From positions 1 to 64,000 of the IMG/VR virus record IMGVR_UViG_3300012987_000001: a DNA stretch of 64,000 bases. The stretch is one strand, 5' to 3'. The translations under genes were made by a program, and so were the position numbers. Below are positions 16,181 through 25,637 of the stretch, piece by piece. The notes beneath the pieces were generated by a model, which saw only the letters and a list, made by a program, of their open reading frames with translations, made no database searches and had not been told where the DNA came from. Each line of letters starts with the position of its first letter. Positions within the stretch are counted from its first letter, which is position 1. The DNA is from a virus.

Positions 16181-19100
16181 CTAGTGCCCGTCGAGGCCAG
16201 ATGGCACCATCATTTGCGCAGGATCGTAGGCAAAAACGTTCGGGCAATTCTCGAGATAGGGCATCAGCGTCAGAAGTGTCGTCTGGATCCCAGTGAATGA
16301 CCACACGGCGCCATCGCGACCAGGGGCTACGGTTGCCTCCCATTGCTGGTAACCAACGGTCGTCGCAACAGTGGCTCCGGTGTCGTCGTAGAACTGAATG
16401 CCTGGGCCGGAATCAAAACTGAGCAGCACCTTCGTTGTGCCAAGCGGTACGTAGAAATAGATCCGGACCGCGCTGCCGTCGTAGTTCACGAAGGGCGCGT
16501 TGCCGTTGATCTGAACGAACGGGTTACGCTGCTGGAACAGCACCGACAGGCCTTCACCGGCCGACGGAATCAGGTCGAGTAGGTAGTTGCCCGCTGCCGC
16601 CGTAACAGTGCACGTCGTGTCCGTGTTGGAGAACTGAGCGCCAGCAGCGCTCACGGCAAAGTCGTTGACGATCACACCAGTCGTCGCGTTTCGAACGACG
16701 CACCGACTCGGCACACCGCTAGGCGATGCCGAGAATTGGAACGCCCGAAACGTGAAGGTCAGATCGGCAGCACCCTTGCGGAACACGTAGCTTTGCGGCT
16801 GCTGTGAGTTGGCGCACGACTGGACGAGCGTTGTTGATGCACTCGTCGTGAGCGGGACGAGTGTTTCGCTGAATTGGCGCCGCGCTTTGGCAGCGTCGAA
16901 CGGGTAGGCGGCGGCTCCGCTGGCGAGCACAGCCGCGATCGCCGCGGACGAAGGCTCGGCAACGCTGGCGAATCCGGAGCCCGGAGTCGAGCTGTTCCAT
17001 TTGTTGATCAGGAGCCAGTTGATCGCGAAAACGTAGGTCGTCGCGAAATTCACGAGCCCCGGGAACGTGACCGTGACGCCAGTGCCAGCGAGCGCGTTGC
17101 CAGCTGGGTTGGTGAGCACGCCGCTGGTCCAACTACCCCCCCCATCAGTGGACCAACGAAACTGCGCCGTACCAACGAGCCCGGCGGTAGTGACTTCGAT
17201 CCTGAGCTTGTCGACGACGGGCGTGCCCGCGATCGCTAGTAGCGTAGCGCCGGACGTGAAGTTCGTGATCCCGCCGCCGGCTACGCCGTTGACGAGTTCA
17301 TTGAACCACACGGAAAACGCTACGTGATTGCTGTGAATCGCGTTCGTCGTGGCGATGTTCCACGCCCACGACTGGCATGCATCGGCGGCAGTCCAAAAAG
17401 CTGCTTCGTTTGCCGTCGTGGGGCTGCGCTGAAATGCCCTGCGCGCCGAGCGGTGCTCGTACAGCACGCGAAACCACTGAAGATCGGCGATCACCTGATC
17501 GAAGCGGGACTGTGCGGCAGCATCGGGTGCCGCATTTAGCGCCGTCTGTGCGTCGGTGAGGTTTTTGAAACTCTGCGCGAGTTCGTTTGCGTTCAGCGTG
17601 AATTGGTCGAATTGCGCACGCGGTGGCGTGTACCACCAGCGTTCGAACATCGCCCGCGCGTTCGTGGCGGCGGCCCCGAGCTTCGAAAAAAGTTCGTCAA
17701 GATATCCGTCGATCGTTGTAGTCGAGTCCCAGACCAAGCGCGCGATCGCGGCAAACCCGATCCCAACAGAGAAGCTCGAGCACGACGTTTGCGCGATCAT
17801 CGAGGTCACGCCGGCAGCGATGTACGCCTTGGCTTCCGCGAACATCGTCCGCGGTGACATGCGGGGCAGGTCCAAGTTTGTTCCGCCCAGCAACCACGAC
17901 GGCTGCATGCCGAGCTCGAACGCGCCGAGTGGGTTCGTTGCGAGTTTGGCGGCCCAGTCCGCAAGGAACTCCTCGCGCAACCGCAGGTAAAATACCTGGT
18001 ACGTGTCGGGCAGCGCCATCACGAGCGCGTTGCTGTCGATCGGAATATTCGGCGGTGCCGCGTGCTCGCCGTACGCGAGCCAGCACGCTTTTGCGGTCGT
18101 GGTTCCGTGGAACCAGTATGCGAGATAGCTCGCCTGGAAGTTCGCCAGGTGCGTGACGCGATCGGAGATCGTCGAGTCCTGCGTTTGCTGCGCGGGGCTT
18201 AGGTAGGCGCTCCACGGTCCATTGCGCAGCAGATTGACGCACGACGTGCACGCGCAGTGCGAAGTCCCGTCGTTCGGCTCGGCTGAGACGTATTTGGCGA
18301 TCGGATGGTTCGGGCGATTCGTGTTGATCCTGACGCACAACACGTCACGCTTGAGCCGCGCTTCGTCGCGGGCGACACCAGAGAACGACACGTAGTCGGT
18401 TTGCACCAGATCGGCAGCGCTATCCGTGTTGGGGTCCGGGTCGAGCGCGCCGGCAGACAGACCCGAGATCGCCTCTTGATTTGCCTGCGTTGTCCCGGGG
18501 GCGGCAACCGTCACACCGACCCAAGGCGTTGAGCCAACACCAGCCGCGTCGCGCGCAACGCCCGGCGTACCGTGGTGGGTGTAGTTGACTTTGCAGAGCT
18601 GCTCGGCGGTGAAATATGCCGCGGGGTAATTGCCGCTCGTCGCGTTCCAGCCCCGTGGGTGACCAGCATTCCACGCAAGGCGCGTGTGGTCGTGACGGTC
18701 GAACCACTGCGAGTGGATGGTGAAGTTCTCGTCGCCGTCAAAGCCGGCTTGCCAGCTCGCAGGCCAGCGATTGCGCGCGTAGTAGTCGAACCAAAACGTC
18801 TGGCTCTGGGCCTGGTTCGGGATGTTCGGGGCGCCGGTTTTTGGCAGATAGTTGCCGTTGCCAGCGGCCGCGAACGTGCGGAACGCCGGCGCAACCACGC
18901 CCGAGTGCTGGAGCGCATTCACGTTCGTGCCCGAGGGTTGCACGATCCACGCGCTGTGGGGCAGGTACTGGCGATATCCGAGCGCGAAGAGCCAGTGATA
19001 CAGCCCAGAGCGCAGAGCCTCAGGCTCGGGCGCGACGATCCAAACATCGCCGCCGAGCACGGCGTCGAAAACGAAGCGATCGCCGTAAAACGGATCGATG

Positions 19101-19384
19101 GTTGCCGCATCCGTCACCACGCGGCTGGGCGCGCTGGACATGAGCGAGCTCGTGCTCAGGCAGACGTGCACCGTGCGCACGCCAAGCCGCGCCTGTCGCC
19201 GCACGACCGCGGAAGCGCGCGACACCATGCCGTTGATGGTCGGCAGGATGTAGGCGTCGACGAACGAGCTCAGCACCTGGCCGTCCGTGTAGAGAACCTG
19301 GCCCGCCGTGTCCGTCGGCAGCACCAGCTCATCGAACCGCGTAATCAGCCGGCTTGCGTCGCGGACTGGCACAATTGACGTCAC
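16181..19384 (-). CDS. Large tail-associated protein with a glycosidase-like region (DUF4838-like motif SAEPNDGTSHCACTSC)
   Basis: Track ORF 16181..19498. The GTG at 19384 forms a GTGA overlap with the upstream stop and gives 1067 aa. The function call rests on one recalled motif. Confidence 0.6.
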   Translation of the reverse strand: MTSIVPVRDASRLITRFDELVLPTDTAGQVLYTDGQVLSSFVDAYILPTINGMVSRASAVVRRQARLGVRTVHVCLSTSSLMSSAPSRVVTDAATIDPFYGDRFVFDAVLGGDVWIVAPEPEALRSGLYHWLFALGYRQYLPHSAWIVQPSGTNVNALQHSGVVAPAFRTFAAAGNGNYLPKTGAPNIPNQAQSQTFWFDYYARNRWPASWQAGFDGDENFTIHSQWFDRHDHTRLAWNAGHPRGWNATSGNYPAAYFTAEQLCKVNYTHHGTPGVARDAAGVGSTPWVGVTVAAPGTTQANQEAISGLSAGALDPDPNTDSAADLVQTDYVSFSGVARDEARLKRDVLCVRINTNRPNHPIAKYVSAEPNDGTSHCACTSCVNLLRNGPWSAYLSPAQQTQDSTISDRVTHLANFQASYLAYWFHGTTTAKACWLAYGEHAAPPNIPIDSNALVMALPDTYQVFYLRLREEFLADWAAKLATNPLGAFELGMQPSWLLGGTNLDLPRMSPRTMFAEAKAYIAAGVTSMIAQTSCSSFSVGIGFAAIARLVWDSTTTIDGYLDELFSKLGAAATNARAMFERWWYTPPRAQFDQFTLNANELAQSFKNLTDAQTALNAAPDAAAQSRFDQVIADLQWFRVLYEHRSARRAFQRSPTTANEAAFWTAADACQSWAWNIATTNAIHSNHVAFSVWFNELVNGVAGGGITNFTSGATLLAIAGTPVVDKLRIEVTTAGLVGTAQFRWSTDGGGSWTSGVLTNPAGNALAGTGVTVTFPGLVNFATTYVFAINWLLINKWNSSTPGSGFASVAEPSSAAIAAVLASGAAAYPFDAAKARRQFSETLVPLTTSASTTLVQSCANSQQPQSYVFRKGAADLTFTFRAFQFSASPSGVPSRCVVRNATTGVIVNDFAVSAAGAQFSNTDTTCTVTAAAGNYLLDLIPSAGEGLSVLFQQRNPFVQINGNAPFVNYDGSAVRIYFYVPLGTTKVLLSFDSGPGIQFYDDTGATVATTVGYQQWEATVAPGRDGAVWSFTGIQTTLLTLMPYLENCPNVFAYDPAQMMVPSGLDGH

Positions 19385-20130
19385 GACACGAACCCCGCCC
19401 AGCCGGTGAAAAGAGTCGAGCAGTAGGCGTCCAATTTGGCGATCAATTGATCGGCTGCAGTGGCGCTCGGAGCGGTGAATACCCCGCCGCACGACCACGC
19501 CGCGTTCGCAAACGTGCTTGCCGCTGCGTTACGGGAGAGAATCGAGAAGCCGCTTTGCGCCGCCGATGCCCCGCTCGCGCCCGTGGTGGTAGCCGCGCCC
19601 CATTGCATGCGGTCCGTCGATTGATTGCTGAACAGCGATACCGCGCGCTTGGGTGTGCCTTGCGTGTAGCCCGTCGTAACGGTCAGGGCGACACCGTTCG
19701 TGCACGTGATGCCAGCGCCGCTAAACCCAAGTAGACAACGCGGCGTGGTTCCGGAGCCAGCTGACCAAATCGTGTTGAATCCGGTTGCAGACGCGATGCC
19801 CTTGCCCACCCAGTAAACGAACACGACAGACAGCGGGGAATTGCTGATCGCAGGGAATGCGAACGATGTCTGAATCAAAGTCTTCGCGGTGCCATCGCCG
19901 ACCCATGCCGCGCGCCCGCCGACGGACGCAGCAGTGAGCGCCGGCCCGGTCGTGTTCCGGGCGAGGACGTCAGCCGGATTGCGCAGTGACGCGGCGGTGA
20001 GTACCTCACTACCGCTCAGCGTTTGCGCGCTCAGCACCGCGTCCCACCAGCCGAGGCAATTTGGGCTCGTCCAGGGCTTGAACGAGGGTGGCTTAGTGCC
20101 AATCGCGAGAGTGTTCAGCCCGAGGATCAT
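19381..20130 (-). CDS. Hypothetical fibre-cluster protein (249 aa, jelly-roll/LamG-like impression)
   Basis: M81 of ORF 19381..20370, with an ATGA overlap with the upstream stop. Confidence 0.6.
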   Translation of the reverse strand: MILGLNTLAIGTKPPSFKPWTSPNCLGWWDAVLSAQTLSGSEVLTAASLRNPADVLARNTTGPALTAASVGGRAAWVGDGTAKTLIQTSFAFPAISNSPLSVVFVYWVGKGIASATGFNTIWSAGSGTTPRCLLGFSGAGITCTNGVALTVTTGYTQGTPKRAVSLFSNQSTDRMQWGAATTTGASGASAAQSGFSILSRNAAASTFANAAWSCGGVFTAPSATAADQLIAKLDAYCSTLFTGWAGFVS

Positions 20131-21014
20131 CGGCCCACAGCAGCTCCGACGATGCCTACGCAGTTGGTCGTCCCTGCTTGCAGCATTTTGATCTGAAGAC
20201 ACAGTGCGGTACCGACGACGAACCACCGAGCGTCGAAATACGGACCGGAGCCATCGTCGATAATATCGACTGGGCTCGATGCTGCGGGAGCGCCCGCAGT
20301 CGGTGTCGCGCTGCACGTCATCACAACGCGCATGCGCGCTTCTGATTCTTTCGACCCATCGACGAGCCAAATCAGGGCATTGACCACGAGGCGCCCGGAG
20401 GTGTATCCGCGAGCGGGGAAGTCAAATGACCAAATCGTGTGGTAGCTGCCGTCATTCGTGAACGCTTGCTTCGGGATCCCCGGATTCGTGATCAATGGGA
20501 TACCGAGCGCATCGGGCGCGAAGTCGGTGAGCGTGTAGACGCCTTGGATCAGTCCCGAGCTGCCGCCTTGGGCGATCGAGATCGCTCCCGTGGTGTATTT
20601 CCACGTGGAGTTGAGGAGGTTGATCCCCTCGGTGACCGTGATGAGACCGTTCTCTGGGGGCTGAGTCGCCACTTCAGTGTAGACTGTGCCCGTGACGAGG
20701 TAGAGCTTGTTGTGCGCAGTATTCGACTGATTGGCGAGGGCGACGATCTTACCATTCAGCGACACGCCATCATTTGATGTGGGTCCCGATGCCAAGCTCG
20801 CCACTTCCGCGACGATGACTGTCGCGACGGGGGTCATTTGGAGCGGATCACCGCCGCTTCCGCCGCCGGAGCCAGATGGCTTCGATGTCACCACGACATC
20901 CAGCGGAGATCCTGGACCTGGGAATAGAGCGCCGACCCGATCAGGCTCTCCCGACAACCACACATAGAGCTGCCCATCGCTGGATGAGCGCGCCTGCATC
21001 TTATACTGCGCCAT
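20127..21014 (-). CDS. Hypothetical tail/fibre protein (295 aa)
   Basis: Track ORF, coupled to both neighbours. Confidence 0.65.
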   Translation of the reverse strand: MAQYKMQARSSSDGQLYVWLSGEPDRVGALFPGPGSPLDVVVTSKPSGSGGGSGGDPLQMTPVATVIVAEVASLASGPTSNDGVSLNGKIVALANQSNTAHNKLYLVTGTVYTEVATQPPENGLITVTEGINLLNSTWKYTTGAISIAQGGSSGLIQGVYTLTDFAPDALGIPLITNPGIPKQAFTNDGSYHTIWSFDFPARGYTSGRLVVNALIWLVDGSKESEARMRVVMTCSATPTAGAPAASSPVDIIDDGSGPYFDARWFVVGTALCLQIKMLQAGTTNCVGIVGAAVGR

Positions 21015-21421
21015 TAGACTCCAGCCGGTGCCGCGCGAAGGATGTGGCCGAAATAGCTTGCGCCGGAAGCGCCCACGACTTGCGCGTGCACTTGATAGCG
21101 ATGGTTGCCAATTACTGTGAATGTTGCAGAGAAGGCTTGGGCATCGAGCAAGCTGGTAATGTTCACCTCAGACCCAGCGACGGGCCCCTCGTGTCCGCTC
21201 GTGATATCGTAGAGCCTGACGGTTAAAGTGAGCGCGGCGTCCGAAACAGACCCAAGCACATCAAGTCGGATATCCGCGGTCGCAGGTATCGGGAACGCGC
21301 CGATCGCCTCCCAACCGGGCGCGGAGGTGACCGCATCGATCCGCTCTTCGGCGGTCGCGTAGACCGATAGGATCTCAATCGTCTCCTCTTTCGTTAGCGC
21401 GAGTCCTGAAAGTCCGGGCAT
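21014..21421 (-). CDS. Hypothetical tail/fibre-associated protein (135 aa)
   Basis: Track ORF with a 1-nt overlap with the downstream start. Confidence 0.6.
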   Translation of the reverse strand: MPGLSGLALTKEETIEILSVYATAEERIDAVTSAPGWEAIGAFPIPATADIRLDVLGSVSDAALTLTVRLYDITSGHEGPVAGSEVNITSLLDAQAFSATFTVIGNHRYQVHAQVVGASGASYFGHILRAAPAGV

Positions 21422-21425
21422 TAGC

Positions 21426-22703
21426 TCAGATCTCCCCTCCGGGCGCGCCCAGGATACCGCTACGAAACAGCTGACCTAGCCCCGTGGCATACACTCGGCC
21501 GTTGATTGATCGCAGGCACGACGTCACAAGCGAGCCCTTGATAAAATAGTGATAGTTCCAGCTGGACCCCTCGTTGAGACTGTATGCAATGCCGCTGAAT
21601 GTGCTGTAAGCGCTGGTGTAGCTCGTCGGTTTCACTAGTGCTGGCCCCACAGCCAGCAGGGTGCCGCGGCCGTTCAGGAATCCATTTGCTGCGGTCAACC
21701 CAGAGCGCACAAGCGTCCAAGATGCGCCGTCAACGGATGACACGAGTCCGCCGCCATCGTCCCAGTAAAAGAACTTACCGTGATGCTGGGAATACACGAC
21801 ATTGCAATGGGCAGCAGAGCCGCCGCTCGCTAGGCATAGCACCCACGTCGCACCGCCGTTGGTTGATCGATAGCAGGCGCAGCTACCGGAACCCGCATTA
21901 GTCCTTCCGGCGATCATGATCACCGAGCCATTGTCAGTGAACTCTACCTCGTCGTCGTCAAATGACAGACCTCCAGGCGTCGGGATAGTTCCTGTCGTTG
22001 GGGTTGCCAATAAGCTAGCGATCGAGTTGGCACGAATATAGAAGACAGAAGAGTTGGTGATCACCGCGTGATAGCCAGCCGCAGCACCAACCGGCACGTA
22101 GTGCACGGCCTGCACCTTGGGCGGCCCAGAAAGCGTGATCGTCGAAGCCGACCAGGTGTTGGTGCTAGTAGTCGAGTACGCAAGTACGTTGTTGTTGTTG
22201 AATAGTATCAACTCGCCGGGCGCTCCGGGGGCGGAGAACACCGGAGACACGAAAGAGGCGATCGAGTCGAGCCGCGGCGGCGACGGCTCTATGTATGATC
22301 CGTCGGTCGCGTGCGCTATGCGCGCCTTATTGGAGGCGCCGGCATCGCGACCTACCACTATCACCTCGCGCTGCGTGTCGTCCGTCAGACCAAACCCGCG
22401 TGCGATGCGCATGCCTACGACGCTTTCATAGGCATCAGTGCCAACGATCGGAATGGGTTGATTCGCCCACTGCGTAAGCGCTGCGTGCGCGAGCACCTGC
22501 GCGTGTAGCGCGAGCGAGTCGCCGATGGTTCCGAGTTTGTAATTTTCAACCTGTGCAGGCGGCTGCTGGTTCGGGGCAGCGCCCGCTGCCAGGTACGGAG
22601 AACCGGGGTTGATGCGCGTCAGCCCGCCGCTCCATGGGAGAGCGCCCGCGGGATAGGTTGGGTCAGTCGCCCATGGAGCGGGGTTGATTTTGATAGGATT
22701 CAT
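21426..22703 (-). CDS. Tail fibre with BNR/Asp-box beta-propeller-like repeats
   Basis: Track ORF (425 aa). Asp-box-like motifs are STNGGATW, SVDGASW and SLNEGSSW. The N-terminus (PWATDPTYPAG...) is typical of fibre attachment regions. Confidence 0.65.
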   Translation of the reverse strand: MNPIKINPAPWATDPTYPAGALPWSGGLTRINPGSPYLAAGAAPNQQPPAQVENYKLGTIGDSLALHAQVLAHAALTQWANQPIPIVGTDAYESVVGMRIARGFGLTDDTQREVIVVGRDAGASNKARIAHATDGSYIEPSPPRLDSIASFVSPVFSAPGAPGELILFNNNNVLAYSTTSTNTWSASTITLSGPPKVQAVHYVPVGAAAGYHAVITNSSVFYIRANSIASLLATPTTGTIPTPGGLSFDDDEVEFTDNGSVIMIAGRTNAGSGSCACYRSTNGGATWVLCLASGGSAAHCNVVYSQHHGKFFYWDDGGGLVSSVDGASWTLVRSGLTAANGFLNGRGTLLAVGPALVKPTSYTSAYSTFSGIAYSLNEGSSWNYHYFIKGSLVTSCLRSINGRVYATGLGQLFRSGILGAPGGEI

Positions 22704-23308
22704 GCGTAGGCGCTGGCGTAAACGCCACCGTAGGAGGTGCTGCCGTAGTGGCCGTAGCCAAGGCCCGCGACATCTGGGTCGCCGTAGTTGCTGTAGGTGA
22801 AGACGCTGTCGGCTTCGGTACCGGGCGGTGCGGCAACGAGAAGCAGCTGGACGCCCGCGGCGATCGCGAGCTTCGCTAGGTCGATCAGGATCAGCGGCGA
22901 CGTTGCGGGCCCATCGGTGTAATCGATCCGCGCCGACGCGGGGTAGTACTCAGTCCAGGCAGGGATCCCTGCGTCGACTAGCATTAGGACGTCGATCGCG
23001 TCGTCCGCGTGTCCCTGCGATCGGTTGATACGGATCCGCGCGGTGATGTAAGCCCTGTAGACCGAATCACTCTGGCCGCCGCGCGACTGACCGACGATCT
23101 TGCCGATGGTGTCGAGCTGCGCATTCTCGGCGTTGTCAATCATCCGCTTCAGGATCACGTCCCAAGCGGCGTTCTCGAGTTCTTGGCAGCGACGAACGTA
23201 CGAGAGGATTAGCGCGAGCAAGCGCGGCTTGTCGCGGTACTGGCTGATCGGGCGTTCGCTCGCCTCATCGGCGTAGTCGTCGATGTACGCGAGTTGCGGA
23301 AGTGTCAT
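22700..23308 (-). CDS. Baseplate wedge protein (DUF2612-like, Mu gp48 / P2 gpI position)
   Basis: Track ORF. It has the motif ...ISQYRDKPRL...AENAQLDTIGKIVGQSRGG and sits directly after the J-like gene. Confidence 0.65.
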   Translation of the reverse strand: MTLPQLAYIDDYADEASERPISQYRDKPRLLALILSYVRRCQELENAAWDVILKRMIDNAENAQLDTIGKIVGQSRGGQSDSVYRAYITARIRINRSQGHADDAIDVLMLVDAGIPAWTEYYPASARIDYTDGPATSPLILIDLAKLAIAAGVQLLLVAAPPGTEADSVFTYSNYGDPDVAGLGYGHYGSTSYGGVYASAYA

Positions 23309-23311
23309 GGG

Positions 23312-24538
23312 TCAGTGGTTGACGACGATTCGAACGCTGTCGAAGGTGGCGATTTGGCGAATGCCAATGGCTACATCGGAGCTCGACACTGGTGAGGCCG
23401 AAGTGCCGAACGTCAACACGGTCACCTTTGCGCCGAGACCCTGCGTCGCAAGCGTGATGTCGTAGGCGGTGACATCGGTGCCCGTCGCATACGGTTCGAG
23501 GATGACATCCCGGTTGCCTTGGTCGTCTGTAACGACGACGCCATCGGATAGGTAGCGCGCGACTGTCTGCGCGAACAGCGAGTCGCCGACATAGCCAGGG
23601 CGAGCCGCGACCGTCATCGTGATCCAGATGGGCACCACGGTCGCGCGGCTGAAGTTCACGAGTTGTATCGCGCCCGCCTTGTCGACGGCATTGCCGCTTA
23701 CGCTGCCGTAGGCGCGGATCCCCGCCGGCTTGCTGTCCCAGATCGTCTGGGCAATTTGGTCGTTCGTGATCGCGCCGGACGGGTCCCACACGACCATTTC
23801 AAACGAGTGCGGCGGGAGGCCGTTGCCATCAATCGCGTCGGTAACGTTGTTGAACGAGGCGACGCTAGCTCCCGGAATGTCCTCGAGCAGAACAACAAGC
23901 TTCGCGCGGATTGCATCGATAGTGCTCGAGCCCGCGCGCGTTAGCTCGCGCTGGCGCGTGAGGCGCAGCTGCGCGTCGCTGGCGACGTTGGCGCCGGGGT
24001 GAGCATCACCAGGATTGTTGACGGCGGCCCAACCAACGACAGGGGTTGCAATGATTGTCAGCTGATCATGTGGCGCTTGAATGGGCCCAGTGCTCTCAGC
24101 CTCGAAAAGCACATTCGGGTTTGCGCCGTCGATCGTCGCAGTGAAATTCTCGGCGGGAGTAAACTTCACATCTGGTTTGCCGCTCACGCTTGCGAAGTGC
24201 GTGCCCGCAAGCAGAACGGTCCCAAGGCTCGCTGTTACCGTAACCAGCACCGTGCTCTTGGTTGCTGCGGCTCGTGGTGTGCCGGTCAACTTTGCCAGCA
24301 TGGTCAGAAGCGTGTCCTCGGCCTTGTCCGGGTCGAAGCCGCTGTAGCAAGCAGCGAGTGCTTCCCAGCCTTGAGCCAGGTAGTTCGCAAAGATGCCGTT
24401 GTTCTGTCCGATCGGCGACTCGGCAGACACATCGAGCGCGGGCGAGATCCCGGCGAGCTGGTCGGCTTCGATCAGGTCGAGCAGGTCTCGAACGCTGGGC
24501 GCGACAAAGCCCTCTGGGGTGAGGCCAAAGGTGGGCAT
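23312..24538 (-). CDS. Baseplate J-like protein (Mu gp47 / P2 gpJ family)
   Basis: M28 of ORF 23312..24619. Its size, position and sequence pattern are typical of Baseplate_J. Confidence 0.75.
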   Translation of the reverse strand: MPTFGLTPEGFVAPSVRDLLDLIEADQLAGISPALDVSAESPIGQNNGIFANYLAQGWEALAACYSGFDPDKAEDTLLTMLAKLTGTPRAAATKSTVLVTVTASLGTVLLAGTHFASVSGKPDVKFTPAENFTATIDGANPNVLFEAESTGPIQAPHDQLTIIATPVVGWAAVNNPGDAHPGANVASDAQLRLTRQRELTRAGSSTIDAIRAKLVVLLEDIPGASVASFNNVTDAIDGNGLPPHSFEMVVWDPSGAITNDQIAQTIWDSKPAGIRAYGSVSGNAVDKAGAIQLVNFSRATVVPIWITMTVAARPGYVGDSLFAQTVARYLSDGVVVTDDQGNRDVILEPYATGTDVTAYDITLATQGLGAKVTVLTFGTSASPVSSSDVAIGIRQIATFDSVRIVVNH

Positions 24539-24578
24539 TCGTTTTTGACTCGGCGTCGAGCGCCGTTTCTTCGGTGGG

Positions 24579-25232
24579 CTAGTTGCAGATGTACTTGCAA
24601 TTAGAAGGGCAGACCCCACCAGGGGAGTCGTAGCTCTTCACTGTCGCCGTAGCGCCGACCTTGAGCAGGATCGTCGACGACTTGCTTGTGCTCGTCCAAG
24701 AAGCGCAGGTTGAACAGTGGTCGCGGGATACGATGCTGGAGGCTGAACACGTGGCGGCATCCGTTTGCTGCTCGTAGTCACCGGTCACCGCCAGACACGT
24801 ATTCACGGGCACGACGTATTCCGCGAACCCCGAGCACACCGCAGGCCCTGACCCGGCCTGCGCCGCGCCTGCCGATCCGCCCTGAGGCTCGCCGGCTGTG
24901 CCGCCCAAGCCGCCCTGCGCTCGACCACCAGCGCCTGCCAGCGCGCCGCCCGAACCAGCGTGACCCGCTCCGCCGCCGCTGCCAGCAACCGCAGGAGCCA
25001 CCGCGCGCGCCTGCTCGCCCGCGAGGCCAGCGCTGCCGGCTTCGCCCGCGGACGCCCCGCCGGTGGCCTGTAGCGCTCCGGCAAAGCCCGCCGAACCTCC
25101 ACCAGCCTGCGCTCCGCCAGACGCCGCTGCGACCCCGGCAGAGCCGCCCTGGTTGCCTTGCAGCGGCTCCTGAACCGCCGCCGACCCTGAGCACCCGAAC
25201 GCGAACACGACCAACAGACCCAGCCCTCGCAT
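24579..25232 (-). CDS. Secreted lipoprotein: lipobox signal, ~120-aa Gly/Ala/Ser-rich linker, 8-Cys C-terminal domain (moron inside the baseplate module)
   Basis: Track ORF. The N-terminus MRGLGLLVVFAFGCSG is a signal with Cys at +1. GGSAG-type low complexity follows, then a CxxxxxxxC-rich domain. It has short gaps on both sides instead of coupling. Confidence 0.75.
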   Translation of the reverse strand: MRGLGLLVVFAFGCSGSAAVQEPLQGNQGGSAGVAAASGGAQAGGGSAGFAGALQATGGASAGEAGSAGLAGEQARAVAPAVAGSGGGAGHAGSGGALAGAGGRAQGGLGGTAGEPQGGSAGAAQAGSGPAVCSGFAEYVVPVNTCLAVTGDYEQQTDAATCSASSIVSRDHCSTCASWTSTSKSSTILLKVGATATVKSYDSPGGVCPSNCKYICN

Positions 25233-25256
25233 CCTACCAAGGTACGAGGGCGCCGA

Positions 25257-25637
25257 TTAGGCCGCAAGGTCGAGAATGAAATCCTGGTCTTCGGGGGCGA
25301 CAGACACCACCCCGCCGGTCACCATGGCCTGAAACCGAAACGTCAACTGCCGAGCCGATTCGTCGAAGGAAAGCGAGTAGCTGGCTAGGGACAGCACGCC
25401 CGGGCAGCCCAGGATCACTTTTTTGAAAAGCGACCGAACCACGTCCAGATTGGGGTTCTTGGTGAAGACGTCGCGGTAGTAGGGGATGCCCTGTCGCTGG
25501 TCTAGGAACCACTCGGCGAGGAAAAACTTGAAGCGGGCGGAGAGCTTTTGGCGGATGGCGTCTGGGCCTTCGACCAGCTTCACTGTTCCGCCGAAGAGGG
25601 CTAGATCTCCGGCTGGTATCACGCGAAGGACTGCCAC
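25257..25637 (-). CDS. Baseplate protein, gp25/gpW-like
   Basis: Track ORF 25257..25682. The GTG at 25637 overlaps the upstream TAG by 1 nt. The motif is DAIRQKLSARFKFFLAEWFLDQRQGIPYY. Confidence 0.65.
   Translation of the reverse strand: MAVLRVIPAGDLALFGGTVKLVEGPDAIRQKLSARFKFFLAEWFLDQRQGIPYYRDVFTKNPNLDVVRSLFKKVILGCPGVLSLASYSLSFDESARQLTFRFQAMVTGGVVSVAPEDQDFILDLAA

Noticed and set aside
18572-19378. A 268-aa + strand ORF lies antisense to the large tail protein.
   Set aside because: It is Arg/Val-rich, has no motif, opposes the operon direction, and is fully contained in the 1067-aa gene.
16181-19498. The track start at 19498 for the large tail protein, and similar upstream-extended starts at 9316, 10909, 20370, 24619, 33934, 46533 and 48823.
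   Set aside because: Each extension overlaps the upstream gene by 30-240 nt and encodes Arg-rich sequence. In each case an in-frame ATG or GTG forms a 1-4-nt overlap with the upstream stop, as at other junctions in this genome.
10777-22703. A diversity-generating retroelement could act on the fibre genes.
   Set aside because: No reverse-transcriptase-like ORF, with a YxDD motif or otherwise, was seen anywhere in the window. No template-repeat and variable-repeat pair with adenine-specific differences was noticed. The intragenic repeats are tandem, not a TR/VR pair.
24686-25279. A + strand 197-aa ORF and two alternative minus-frame ORFs overlap the lipoprotein gene.
   Set aside because: Their products are Arg/Pro-rich off-frame translations of the GGC/GCC-rich linker. 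Only the 24579..25232 frame has a signal peptide and a structured Cys-rich domain.
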